Below are positions 11,041-26,100 of a stretch of DNA of 64,000 bases, one piece after another. The DNA lies in assembly GCA_965285935.1 (NCBI GenBank), contig OZ260661.1:48484001-48548000 (forward strand), written 5' to 3'. Position numbers and translations under genes: made by a program. The stretch's first letter is position 1. Each line of letters starts with the position of its first letter. Under the pieces are notes generated by a model. That model searched no databases and was not told the origin of the DNA. It saw only the letters and a list, made by a program, of their open reading frames with translations. This DNA comes from Ophelia neglecta (lineage: Eukaryota).

Positions 11041-14000
11041 CAAGGCATCGATGGTTCTCTATACCAACAAAAGTTACCAGGAAAGCCTGACAAAAAACAC
11101 AACACTCGTATTATTAGCTCTATAGCATGAAGCCGCTCTTATAAATGTAAATAAAAGCCTTGACGGTCAAAAGATAGGTCCGCCGTGCAATTTTTACTAA
11201 AACCTCAATGATTTTAACCATTTCAGAGAAAAGTTAAACCTTTAATAGGTGTCTGGATTCCCAGATTAATATATAAATATATAATAAAATAAGAGAATTG
11301 AAGTAATGATTATGATTAATAATGCTCTTTGGGATTGCTTTCGCTACATTGACACGTTGAATGTCATCTGTGTCGGGTGTTCGTTGCTGAAATATCAAAC
11401 GCCTGGACATTGTAGTTGGTATCTTTAAACCAGGTAATTAGATGAAGATGACAACCAGTTACTCCGTAAGGCTGACAATGGGCTGTTTTTATTTGAAGCC
11501 ATTAACTCTCTGTATGTGGCGTCATTTCACCAGCACCAGATTGCAGCTATTGTTATCCGCCACAAACCAAGCGATATTAGGAGCACTTGGCGCGTCTGCC
11601 ATCTTGTTGTCACCATTCAACCAAAATCTCGTTAATTCTCTTAAGTGTTCCATTGTCTCGCGGCAGCATAGTTGATATACTGATTCAGGTTCATCTGCTT
11701 TTGAATCCCGGCCAGGAACGAGCATTGCGAACTTTTAGGTTTTAATGCTCTGTTAACTTCGCGACGGGTAACGCACTTCTCGCTAGTTGGATACGCTCTT
11801 TGGGTTCCTAAAATTGCTCCTCGACCCTCCTTAACACAATCACACCACCCATCGTATCAATAGAAGCCATTTCCCTCTTTTCAAGCCATTTGTTTTCTTT
11901 GTTGGCTTTTTAGAATACGATTTAGTTTAATGAGCGGGTACTAAATAAAATCGAACTTGTTTTCCCACAAAATCGTTCCGCCTTTTATACCTTTACGAGT
12001 CTGGGCTGTTTCAACAACCAACGGGGACGCGACCTGTGGTCGTTATCATTAAATGTGGAAAAAGAAGAACGTTCCAACATCATATATCTTGTTTTTACTA
12101 GTATAGAGCCACTTTAAATCATTGCCTTATCGTCTGCATTCAGATTCTGGCCATAAAATACAAGTTTTAGCATTCAGAAAAATGAATCAGTGGGACAAAT
12201 TCAAGTTGATTCAGATCCCGGTTGCCTTTACATGTACCATGTTGACTGAAGTATAGTGTTTACACCAATATGTTACATGAGCTGAATTGCCAAATCTAGT
12301 ATACACTGGGAATTTGACAACAGTTTTTTCTTACCGATTAGTTGAAAAGTTTTGGAAAATTCTGAAGCATAAACTATTAAGGCCTAAGTAATGTAAACCC
12401 AAAAACGTATATCTCCGAGAACTAGACTACTGATCCACTCTCGTAACACGAGAGGTGTAACATGCAAACCAAGACAGAAAAAATATTAATTCTTATGTTA
12501 TCCAATACGATGAACCAGTTTGAAAATGACACCAGCTCTGAACATGGTAATGTCAATATGCATTTGTCCGGCTTTCCACGAAAGGCATTTTCATTAATTA
12601 TGGAGCAACCGTTTGGTAGGGATCATTTACAAAGTATCCATTATGCGTTCTAATCCACACAAAATGAATATAAATGAATATTAATAGCCTATTTGATAAT
12701 TCAATAAGTCATATTTAAAATATTGCTTCCAAATAGCATGCCCTACTAACTACTGTTTGAGGCAATGACGTCATCCATCCGGCAGCTTGACGTACCCAGA
12801 CTGGGAGGATGTAGGCCTTCACATATCACTCATATATCATAGCCACTCCACCATCTGCTCCAAAACAGCTCAAAGCATGAAAAATAAGAAGCGGCCATTG
12901 CATTGATTTCAATCCACTGAAGTTAGCTTGTCCGGTATCAATGACAAAGAAAAGAATTTTATTTCCATCTCGACTTACAATTAACCTTGCTTATCAACTA
13001 AGCAATGTAAAGCTAGTTTTAGTCGAAAAAAAGCCAGATGGAAATAGTTTTATGCTTTATATACCCAGAGAATATTCTGGGAGAATTGTTACTAATCCTC
13101 AAATTCAATCTTACTTTAAGGTGACGTTTCACTGAGGTTCACCGCGGTAAATAATTCAAAGCCGCCATGGCCAGTGGTCCGTTTTGCTCCGAGCAAAAAT
13201 ATAGGTCAGTGAACTGTGTGCCCGAAAAGTAGTGAAAGCCAAATTGCACGCCGCCAGGTATAAAATAATAACTACCAGACTTACTGTGACTCATCTTCCC
13301 GAATGCCAGCAATTGATTGGATTTTCAGCCAACTAAAATATAGTGTTGCCGATGCGGCTGTCCTTCCTTCCGGATGGATCCTAGATGCTATCCTAGGTTT
13401 TGTTGTCCTTCTGGTCCAGAGGATCTCAGGTTTGTTTTCAGACCTGCAAACAGTTTCAGGCGACCTTTATTAAATATCCTGACAGCGGTAATACCAGGCC
13501 TTCATGTGTGGGCCGGGTTAATGCAACAACCGAGTATAAATATATATATAACAAATGAGCAAGTATGGCAAGATTGATAAGGGAGATTTGTTTAATTCTC
13601 AAATGTGCCTTTTATATACATGTAGTATGGAATCGTGCATCCTATAGTCAGAATGCAATATGAATTGGAGATGGTGTTTGTCTGGAGGCATTTGTCATCT
13701 GAGCTTTAAAACTTATATCACTTACTGTAGCAAACGTCTACTGTGAGAAGGAAAACAATTCAATTTATAACGCATTTGAATATTAATACACGACCAATTT
13801 GTATTGCGGCATATTCATTAAAAAAAAAGCCTAGGTGTAAATGTTGACGAAGTGATTGACTGGGGACAGAACACAAATTGCACTAGGCCGATAGCATGGG
13901 CGTGAAGACCAATAGTATTTTTGTTAAGTTTAGGTATCTATGTTATACATAGGTAGATGGGTTGGTCAGGTTTTTTATTTCGAATTAGAATAGAACACTT

Positions 14001-17000
14001 TGAACTTTCCACGAGTCAAATTCATTCCGCTAGACCTATACGACTGGACGTTAAATTACGCGTGCCCAGAGATCTTGTCTGGCATACCAGGACGGTGGCC
14101 ATTGCATTCTTGGAAGCAAATAATGCCCCAAGCCCACACCTGATACAAGGGGGTCGGAAAGGAAAAGACATGCATCCACAGCTGCATCCGAACACTCGCT
14201 GCAGGTTAAATTCCTCAAATTTGCTTGTGTTGCCCTATATGTTACATCCGGGCCTCGTAAAATACGACGTCAACTGCATGCATATTGATAGATGACCGAT
14301 GATCCTGGTTTGATGACAACTGTATAAATGATGTACGAACCGCAGGTGCACAACGGTACGAAACGCTGTTTATGTCTTTGCTGCTGTGCGGCAACTTATA
14401 AACGTCTCTTCTAGGGTAACGTTACATTTAAATGATTCTTGACTGAATATCACAGAAGTTTGGGTTCTCAGATCAGGGTCAAAATCAAGTTTCCTGAGCA
14501 GTGGTGGTTTGATTTGATTGTGTCGCCTTTAAGTCATAGCTGTTGTCAATTCTAGATTTACTGGTGCAGTAGGCCTATTATAAAAGTTTTATTGATTCGT
14601 ATTAAATGGACAAGTTTTTTGCCCATATCACGTCTTACTGTTTTCCATATTAAAGAAAGTTTACCTTTTAGATATGTAGAGTGGTATATAAAGGACAGTA
14701 ATACAGTACACTGCGCTTTGACGACCTGGTGCCCTGGAGATAAACCTCACATGCAGCAAAAATATTAGCAAATATTCCTCTAACATACTACCTTCTTCAA
14801 AAGATTGCCTTGTGCTCATGTGGGCATCGTGTCAAATCCAGTTATTAAACATAGGACCGGAAGTATCAGGCACAATGGAATGAAAAGGACGTTGTTTGTA
14901 TTCAAACGTGATAGCAATCCCCGAATATACGTGTTGTATTATGAGGCGAAGACCAGACCAGTCAGACAAACGAACTATGATCAGTCGGAAAGCACATGTA
15001 TATAAATAGGGTTAGGTGGGATTTGAAACCGAAGGAAATGTAATGCATATGTAATTCTCAAATAGTGGGAATCTTACTGACCTCCTGGATGTCATTGCTT
15101 AGATGTACAATGAATTGTAAACAAAAACAGGCACTGGAGGACGACTGGTGATGAGAAAAATGCAGCGAAATAAATGTATTCACTTTTGGTTGAAGAGCAT
15201 GCAGTACAGAATGAAATGTGAATAGAATCCCCGATGATTGGCAACTTCCAACGTTATGCTTATTTTTATAGTTTGCATAATGATCAGATCTTAGCTTACA
15301 CTGCCAGCATTTCCATTCGAATAAAATAAGCTACATTCGTCCATGAGTCACAACACGAGATAACATAATCATTAATGGATCGAGAAAAAGTCAATACAAT
15401 ACACCTGCTGTCGTGTGTTTTATAAATAAGTATACTTGGTGCAACACGTGCACTAAAGGGTTTTTTAATTAGATACACCCAAGGCTCGAAATGATCTTTC
15501 AGGCACGTCAAATATTGCCAATTGAAATATATTTTTGTTTCTTTATCGTCTTTAGGCTGCTGTATTCTTACAGCAATATTACATTAAGATCCTTATTTAT
15601 TGCAGATATATTGACTTATTTGATCAATTCTCGCAAACGCATTTATTAACATTGCCAATATTATCTTTACACAATTCCTCACTATTGGGCTAAGAAGCGC
15701 TAAGTTTTGAAACAAGATAAAAACACCGCATTTTGTGTGTTAGCCTTTCGGCTTAGTTTCCAAGCGACACTCTTTTTAAACTGACAAATAAGATTAGATG
15801 ATAGCTTTACCGTCTGACTTGGCGAAAAAAGAGGAATACATTAATGGATACCTGGCAGACAAAATAGAATCAGTTATCAAAATATGATTTGTTAAATCTC
15901 TCGGGAGTGGATAAACGGAAGGCAATGCAAATCATATATCAGGAATAGGTCCGACCTCTCCGGTATCAACAATCGGTCCTAACCCATCAAAAACCGACAA
16001 CTTCACCGAGTATTAATAGTTGCACAGTCGACGCTGCAACATTATATTACAAATGAATAACGCTACCATAACCCCCCTGCCATCCCGCTCCCTATGCACA
16101 CCAGCAGCAGCGCCACGTAAACAGCCCCATAGCGGCGTACGCTGACATATCTACCCGAGCCCAAAAAAACTGAAAGCACATTGTGTGTGTGGTCTAGTTT
16201 TTGTGGAAGTGTTCGCACACATTGACCATAGTCAGGGAATTGTCGGATGCGGTGCGCCTGGAACAACAACATGGCGGCATACCCTACAATTGTCATGCCG
16301 GCGTGGTCACCAGAAGACAATACTGTATCTCGAGCCATGCAGGAAACAATTTTGCTATTCTGAAGTCCATGATCAAAATAGCAGCTAGCCAAATATTGCT
16401 TAAAAGTCGGTCGCCACTAAAACGCGGTGATTGGCACAAAAACTGCATTGTTGACATCCTTGATGGCCACCGCCTCCGGACTTTGCCGCAGCAAAATAGT
16501 TAGATTCTCTATGCAGCCTTAACCGATGACAGACGGGCGATCAATGTGTAGCCTATATCTCCGAAAAAAAGTTGAGGATCGGGGGAAAATTCTTAGACCG
16601 CTCGGGAAACCGGAAACAAACTATTTGTTTACGCCTAATCTTTCGCAAGGATAATAGGCCTACCCATTATTACAGATTATAACATGGGCAGAACACCTCC
16701 AGAATAAATTTAAATGTGTTTTAGAATTTATATTGGAACTAGTGCGTTTTACAATATTAATAACTATCACGTTATAGAGAGAACAGCTTTGAAGAAAAGA
16801 AACCCTTTCATCGCCATCTTATATCACCATAAGTCGCTGTGAAACCTGCTAAGCCTATGTTGACTGTTATTGCTTTATTCTATGTGTTACAAGAACAATT
16901 TAGTTCAGCATGTCTCAAAGGCCACAGCCAGTCAGAAAAACTGAAAGTTCTCAGCACCATTGACGTCACAGGAACTGTCATAACGTGTCCAGGTGTTCTG

Positions 17001-19944
17001 CCATGTTTGACATACTCTTTGTATGTAGCGTGTATTTCATTCTGTTCGGCAATAATATACGTCATCACTGTAGCAGGTTGTAGCGACCAGCAAGTGCTTT
17101 AGAATGATAAACATGACCTTGAGTTCTTTCTAATGATAATGTATTTGAAAATGCAATTAGTAAGCTGTCAGGCACACCGGTGTTAATGTAGTTCGTCCTT
17201 AGCAATTTGGACTATATATTTCTAATACTAGGCATATTTAGGTATGTTTTAGTGAAGAAAACAGGTATTGTAATTGTCCGCATTTTTCTAATATAAAAAA
17301 ATGTAATACCCATCTCAGATTATTATAGATGTTAACCTCCATAATATGTAGAATAAATACAAGAGTGGATTAATGGAAATAGGTATGGCAGAAGCACTGA
17401 GATGTGGCTCATAAAGAAGCCTTAATTAGACGAGGGACTCTACATGTACTAATCATCATAAAACAATTTTTGCGGATATTATATACTGTGCTCACCGTAG
17501 GATTGCTTGTCATATACAGCATGACTTAGGAGCAGCGACGTCGACCATGACAAGACATGACAGGATGTTGCCTGGGGAAATGTGCATTTAAAAACGTAAA
17601 CATGACCGATGATAAAGTTTGCCACAATATGTTGCCGTTTACTAAATTTTCATACAAAGAGCCAGGACCCCTGCGAAAAAGAACCATAGCTGGGCTTATG
17701 GAGTTAATATTTAACGCTTGATACTTTAATCAGTTATGAAATAGAAATACATTTTTCTCCCAAAGCACAAGCACCCACGGAGGAAATGGCTTAATATAAA
17801 TTATGCTTTTTTTCCTCTCCATTTTAAATGTACTTTTTCAAGCTTTATTAGATTGTCACAAATGAAAGTTTAATGATTCCTTTATTAATGTATCTTTGAC
17901 AAACCATTCACTGTACTATTTAAAAACATATACTAACTATTTCCTAAGAAGCATCTTCTTTTCCGGTTGACTTAAACCGCTCTGTTTTGACTTCATAGAA
18001 GAACACTTGAAATCTGGTTGTTACTGTACGAGAACAGCCAGGAACGTGAACTTGATACATGGGTTTCATGATTAAAGTCGACAGACGACCATCTGTTTTT
18101 TTGTTAGACGCACATTCCGGAAACACCCTGACCACTTAGACCAAGTAGACTACCACTTCTCAGCTATGGCAGGTGAAGATTTACAGACGAAAGTTGCCGG
18201 GGTACTTTATCCGTTAATCACACAATTCATCCCTAAAATGCTGCCCATTTGACCTCTTGCCAGCTTGTCCACGTCATATATGATGTAAACAACAAGTCCT
18301 CACACATCTATCGACCATGCGAGGCCGAAATGCTGCTGGACAATCGTATGGGAAACTTTTATATCCAGACAGACATGGCGAACCTTCGAATTCCTTTCGG
18401 GAAGCAAGCTTAAGGGATGGATCGGATTGTTTTGATTTGGGGATATTTCTACTTTTCGGAAACTGGCAATTGATGTTTGTGTGCGCGCGCATGGATCTGG
18501 CAGTTCCGGATAATTTCGTTCCGATTAGTTTTCTTAAAGTTTTCTTAATTCATCGGTTGCTTAGTCTACCAGGTATTTTTCTTAGTGCTTTTCAACAATA
18601 TTACCATAGCCTCGACAATAGTTGCATTTGTTTATTCATTGTGCACCTAAAATGAACTCATGATTTATCTTGTTCTAAAGACGGCTGCTTCGAGACTTCT
18701 GAAATGAATTTAATTAACACGTCATCTTTTAATTACGAATTAGGCCTAATATATTGTGTTATAGAAATGTACAGAAAGCCCAAAGGAATGATGAAAAGAC
18801 AGAAATGGAAACCAATTTACATATAAAATGTAAATGTTTTAATATTCCAAAGTCTTGCAAATAAAATGAGCGTATAGCTCATATAGATTATATATTGATT
18901 ACGGAATCACCAGCTTTGGTATGTATGACCCCAGTTTACCACGATGTCAGCCAAACCACTAATAACTATATCCTGCGCAGGAGGAGAATGAGATTGTTCT
19001 CGTACAGTAATATAGAATAAGTAAATAGGGTACCTCTAACGTTTATACGGAACTAAGTCGTTATTAATCTTTTCTACTTTAATAAAAGGCATCATGCCCT
19101 GAATCGAAGCCCCAACGATGCCCATTATTATCATGTTTCGTCTCACAACGGAATTTGGTTTCGTCTGAATAGGCCTATTTGTGTGACAGGTCTACATTTC
19201 TTACAATTTAAACTTTTGAAACGTGTTTTTTTTTATTTCTACTGATATACCCAGAATATGATACATATTAGAAATTAAAAGCGTCGTTTATGCCAATCCT
19301 TCCCACCAAAAGACCAAATAAGGAAGCATTATTTTTTAACTCTATTTAGGTTGTTAAGGAATACTCGACTTACAACCTAAAGCCAGAAATCGTATAAACT
19401 ATACTGTGTAAATTGTATAGACTGCACGCCGATTAATAGGTTTAACCGAAGCGGCAATAAATGGCGGAAATATAATCTGGCGATAAATCAACCACAAGCT
19501 CAATACTGACAGACAGCATACAATATCTGAATGCAGCAAAAGTCAGAAAATGATATAAGATATTATAAGGAAAGCCACTACTCAGAGGTTCAAACGCAGC
19601 TAAAATAGTTAACACACAAAGTAAAGTTCTGACATTGGTGGAATTGTAATAATCTCAGTCAACACGTTTTTTTTATGAGTCATTGACGTAAGAAGGAAAT
19701 ACAACGAAATCAACGTTATCGTCATAGTCACACACTCTTTCGTGTCAACCAATTGATTTAAAACGCAGGGACGAAAGATATAGATAGGAAGCATACCCAT
19801 TAATTTTTAAACTTCATTGACACTTTGTGGCATGAACTTACCCATCAAATATACGAGGACAATTCTTTGTACAACGCAAAGAGGTTTATTTCTAATCAAT
19901 GAACTGTACGAGCTTTCTATTCTGTTACAGTTTCTGGATTAAAT

Positions 19945-20122
19945 AAGTAGCAAATGTGAATTGAGACCACTCAAGGGACTGGATAGTGGTGGTCTTATTT
20001 CAAAGTTGGTCTGTTTAGAAAGGTTATTTAATTTTGAAATTATACTGTATGTCCTTTATATAAGTGGTCTGAAATGACAGGTGGTCTGAATACAGAGATG
20101 TTCTTTAAAGAATGTTTCCCTG
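19945..20122 (+). mobile_element. Diverged copy of the TA-flanked Tc1/mariner-type MITE at 29703-29879
   Basis: Colinear similarity: gtgaattgagaccactcaagggactgg...ggtctgtttag...aggttattt...gtggtctgaa...caggtggtctgaatacagag; TIRs eroded. Confidence 0.75.
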
Positions 20123-23100
20123 CATGTCCCACAATTCACCTCAATACCACGATACTTAAGTTGGCAAATACAACAGGCCAGTGTAGGATTAATAACAGTT
20201 TATTCGCAATAGCAACATCATTATATACTATCCAGAATATTTATTTGTTGTCTGGCACAATGTTTTATTTAGCACTGGGAATAGCTCGCGGTACCTAATC
20301 AAATCATGCCTAAGAGAAGAGCAAACAACGCTTTCATTTTCAATTAATCGGTTTAACCTATTCATTACTGACATATTTCACGCCTACAATAAAATGCTTA
20401 ATGTAAATAAATGTAATTGGATTAACACTGGCACCACGCTCAATTTGGTGTAATAAGACGAAACACATATAAACCATTTATTGATCTCAAATTACCATAA
20501 AACCCCCAATAACCTCAGCCAAGCGGTTATATTTGCTTTAGCATTTAGATTAAATAATCTCTGACATGAATGTCTAAGTAATAAATTGCTTAACCACAAC
20601 ATTTATTACAAGCTGTTCAAAACGCCTGGCTTATTTCTTCAGCACGATGTTGAGCATATCCGAACACATAGCATCAATTCGTAGTACAATGGCCCATGTG
20701 TGAAAACGATTAAAAGTTCAAGCGCTGCTCTCATGAGCATAAAAATGAGATCTATTTCTCATATGGCAATATTATCCATGCTGAACCTGTATCTTGCACT
20801 ATCAGTTTTTGTTTAAAATATGGCCATATATACAGCCATTTGTTTATTCAAAAATGTAATAACTGCTGAATTTCAAGGTGCCCTTAGAGTGCCTTTATAT
20901 CCAAGATGCGTATCCAAATTCTAAATTCCCCCAAAAGCAAGATTGGCTGAGATTGTGGAGATACGTTTGCCCTTAAGTAAAATAAACAGACGAATGGAGT
21001 AATACCCTTTTTCCCGTGAAAAGATTCCAACAAAGTATGTGCTCGAACATCTACCCATCTGAATATGACAGAGCTAATCCTTTTTCGGGTAAGTAATTGT
21101 TTAGTGCATACACATTTATATATAAATATTACAACTCAGCCAAGGGGAACTTTATATCTACCCAAAAATGTATAATTATAATATGAACCTAGGCTTTAGT
21201 GTGCTAAATAAAAGCTGTTGTGGACATAATTCGGTACCGTTACAAGCCTCAATAGGACTACTTTTGGCATATAACCGCCCCGAGGTGAATGTTCAATGCA
21301 TTCCACAATTTATTACCTCTGGCGTAACTTCTAATGCACTTCCCATAATGTGTCTCTTGTTTTCTTATGACAGAAATAATAAACCAAAACCAAGCCACGG
21401 GTTTCCAAGAGTACATCATCCGTCTTCCTACAAATCACTTTATAAGCAAATGCAATCCATGGCCGCGAGGGACCTTACATGCCTGTATAAGTGTCATTTG
21501 TGCGTTGATAGAATAGGTAAATAAGGTCCTCTTGCGGTGGTCAAAATATATTCTGAAAAGGAATTGCCACGCCATTCTACGCACAAATTACAATCTTAGG
21601 TAAACATATGTATCTTTTCGAGGGGGCGGCAGGGAGGGTCTATTTGAAAAACAATGTTTGTGGCCCCTTTCAAGAAGAAAAAGAACCCCCCCCCCGCCCG
21701 TCCCTGTAAATCATGTTACATTCTTTTAAGCACCCTTTATTTCCAAATATGTGAAAGTGACATTTTTCTGTCTGTTCAGTTAGAGTCAGTAGAAACGGCA
21801 AACTACGAGCTGACAATAGTTAGATATAGGGTGGTTAATTAAGTTTACTGTATAGCGCGCTGTGTTGCTGGTTAAGGGAGGAAAATCTTGTTAAATATAA
21901 TCAGTCTGATATCGACTGTCGCTTTTTTTTTATTGAATGCCGGCCGGTACGGGAAAAGGTAGGGTTAGTAAGGCATATCCAAAGCATTTCACGCACCACC
22001 ACATCACAGCTGCTTTCCGCAGTTTATGACAAACATCTACAATAGGCAAAAACAGTTAATCCCATACGGATGATAATACTAACTTGAAACCATGCCCGAC
22101 GGTCACATCTCCCTGTAAAAGCAGATATGATTTAAATGTCCGTATTAAGAGTTAATACGCCTGGCTGCATTATTATGAGCGATAGGACCGGACTATACAG
22201 CACCTCTATGTAAAGTACATAGGGACCCCAATGTTATTTTTGGCCGCCGATCAATTTGTTGGATATTGCTGAAAAGAAGAAATCCTGGATTCCAATAGAA
22301 CAAATAATTCAGCACACCGAACAAATTTTCTTCTTTCTTTCAAATTTCTTACCTTGCCAATAAGGACTTTTTAGTTTGAAAACTGGTCATTTTTTACTAG
22401 AAAATTTTGAACAATTTCATTTCTAATTTCAAAATATGTACATTTATTTGATGTTTGCACACATTTCATCTGTACTTTCTGTAATTTTCATGGGAATTTC
22501 AAATCCCGCCTTGGATCGAACCGCGCAAAAATAAAGTGGGGTTATCAACCATGACTATTATTAACTCCTATATAAGGATATACTTTTTCTGTGTTCTACA
22601 TTCCATGGGATAAGGCTCTCTTTTGATCTTGAGTTCATGAAAAACGCGGCTATTAAACACTTGATTTTCATATGAATAGAGTGAATTTGCCCTTTTAACT
22701 ATGGCGACAGCGTTATTGGGTAGTCTGCTGTTGTGGTGATACACCAAATTATATACACGTACGTGCATTGTCAAAAGACAAATCTAATCAGACTTTAATG
22801 ATCCAGTGATTAGTACTTTGACCAATGGTTGTTTTTGTATTTCATATACATCAAACTAGCATGAAAGAAGCTATGTCCTTCCGGCTCTTTGTTGATTGAA
22901 GCTTTCTCTGGTCGACCACAGGAGTTGAAAATTGGGAGAGTATTGATGAGGACACAGACTTGCTTAGTGCATCAATAACAAACTACATTTCACACCCCTT
23001 TAATACATCGCAGTTTCATGATGTGTGTTGAAGTATTCCACGTGTTTGAGAATCGAGGACGTAGTCTTGTTCGTTTGGTAGCCAAACTTTTTTCTTTTTC

Positions 23101-26100
23101 TTTTAATGATATTTTGTACCGTGTCTATTATGTGTTTTTACGTTAACACTAATTCCTATATATACGGCAACACGAGACACTTACCTATAAAGTACCTATA
23201 TTACCCTCTGAACAGTCATAGAATCCCACTATGCAAAGTACTGGGCAAGTGTGTTTTTCTCAAGAGACCTTTGCCTCTAACGTGGCCAGCATTCCGTACA
23301 CAAGCTAAATGCAGTCTTGCTGTTGTCTTAAAGAGAATGAACTTTTCTTCACTTATATCCTTCCATTATCTTAATCTAAGTCAGTTCCAAACCAACTACC
23401 ACATAACACTGTCTTTCCAAAAATTCTTATATTGAAGTATAACAAACAGTGGATTGGATGGCTGGCAAGGATTCCTACTATGGAGACTACCTGTCGGCCG
23501 TAGTTTATAAATGTAAATGTAGGTACTCATTTGTCATCGTCCACAAAAACAATATTAGAAACATTAGTTTCTCATTAGGTAATTGATAATATTAAGTTTC
23601 TTTATAGTTTTATATATATGCATTGTATTTCATGTGGAATCCACGAGACACCTCGAAGTCTTTAATTAAAATATTTCATCAAATCTGAGCGAAATCGACC
23701 GCGGGCTTCAACATTAGCCTGAAAAACATCTCTAATAACGGATCTTTAATTACAAACCTTGCACACCTGATTTTTTATTTAAAATGATTATTTATGAGTT
23801 AAACATAAAATTGCCCGTAACACCCTCAGTTTGAGTGATCAGCATATATTGTATCTTAAATATAAATTGTATGGTGTCCATAACAATACGATATAGATAA
23901 TCTAATACAATTCGACACAATTATCTAATAAAATATAAGAGATGGAAATATAATTTCATTAATCAAAACAGAACTGTGGATAAATGACACATGTTTCGGT
24001 ATTGCATAACTGTTTAATTACACAATTATCTCCATTTCACAACAAAGAGTCAAGTTCTGCCTAATTACCATCACATGAGCCTGTTTCACCTTTCAATTTG
24101 AACGTCACGACTATGACTTGTAATTGTTCCAGCTAGTTGTCCCTTATAGGATTTTGTGTGGCTGTTTAAATTACTATGCTTTGATGTGTGTGAAATGTGA
24201 GCATATATTCATCGGATTAAATCAACACTATCTTAGTAATAGGACAACGAAGAACATGTGGATGTTAATGTTATGTTCACAAACCGCTGTTGTAACCTGC
24301 TAATACAAAAGTCCTGCCAATCCATGATATGAGGCATTTGAAACATATTGTTGGAAAGAACAAGGAGTAGTAAATTGCAATAGAATTAGCTTGCTATTGA
24401 ATTTCTTAAGAAGCTAGTTTACAATAGAACCCATTTGATAATCACCAATTCATTTCCACTTTCCGACACTCAAGATAAAGGTCTATTCAACTTCGGCGTG
24501 TTGCTTCCTGTGGTGGTCATGCTTTAGTCTGAATAACACAGCATTTAACTTGTAACAACTGAAACCTCATACCGTTAATAGAAATAGACTATTTAAATTG
24601 TTAGCGAACGCATTTGTATCAAAGACTTTTATCAGCTCAAATGATATGCATTAACTATTAAATCCCGTCAAAAATCTATTTCATCTTCAGCGGGTACATA
24701 AGTATATTGTTAAGTATATATGAATATACAGAATGCCATTTACATTGACTTTTATAATGTCCAACCATGGATCATCATTTATAAAGCAAGGTGTTTAACG
24801 TACTGCCTATTTAGCTTTGCTATAAATTCAACATTCAATATGAAGTGTTTTGGCATTATTACCGTGACTGAAGGGGCAAATGGTGAAAAATATTTATGCG
24901 CGCAACACAATGTGCTATTTTTGATACCTCACACATTGATGTTAGGTTCATGAAGGTCGCCAACTGGGGGGGAGTACTACAGAAAATCGCTTTTAAATTA
25001 TATAGAGGCTCGGCCCAGTGCCAGCAAAATTACAATTTCCACGTCAAACGACAATGGAAATAGAGTAGGGTATGAAGACATCATATTATTAGCTTATTAA
25101 ACTGACACTTTCCATGCATAATAAACGGTTGCAATGACTTGTTATTATAATAATGGAAATGACAGGACACCTGGCTTCATCTACGTGTTTTCTGACCAAT
25201 GAACTTTCTTCACAACAAATCAGACGCCTAGCAGTTTTAAGCAAAAGGGTAAACATTCCGGATTTTACCTGTGGCCTTTTCACATTTGTTGCAGAGCGTG
25301 TAAAAATAAGGCGTTATACCATACCATGTCAAATGTGATCTGTTATACAAAACAATTATATGAGTGGAGTGCCAATGGGTTCATAATTGAATTGTCATCA
25401 TCGCTTGTTTGCAGGGCATTATTCCAAAATAATATTCGTCAGTGGTACACTTCGGAACCTGGTTCTTTATTTATATTAAAATCTCTTGACAGGTTGTTAC
25501 ATTGGACCAATCCCGCAAAAATGTATCTGTTTTTCAGATATGCGGGATCTTTAGCTTCGCACTCATTAATCATACGTTTCGTTCTTCTATTTATTGTTAC
25601 AGACATAACATGCCCTTTTCATGGCCAAACCTATGACGCTGTTGTTTTGTGGTTTGACTCACATAATGTAAAATTCTTGACAACTTCAAAAGTGAGTGTC
25701 ATTTTCCATTAATTAATTAATTTAAATGTAAATTGATTACAAACCTGTTTGAGGTTCTATTACTTGAATTTGTATTTTACGAGGCTGCGGTTGACAAATT
25801 TGGATGATATATACGATAGTCTGCCTGAGTATCTACGCACAGATATTTTGTGGGCCCAAGTCTATCAGGTTTGTTGCTTAGAGGCAATAATTCTTCGTTT
25901 TGTTAAAATTGCATCTCGTCTGCTGAATACTTCGCTACACACTTGAAATTCTAGTGGTTAATATCATTCCGGCATTTAAAAGCGGGGCTACTATTGCCAA
26001 ATTATATGAATTCAGATTCATTGCATGGACAAATAACGCGCGTAATTCGTATGGCCTTCGACTATTCATTTCTTATCAAATAATGAAAGGGCAATGGATA

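Noticed and set aside
14303-14325. WFDDNC, similar to a LINE ORF2 motif
   Set aside because: Single short motif without colinear support.
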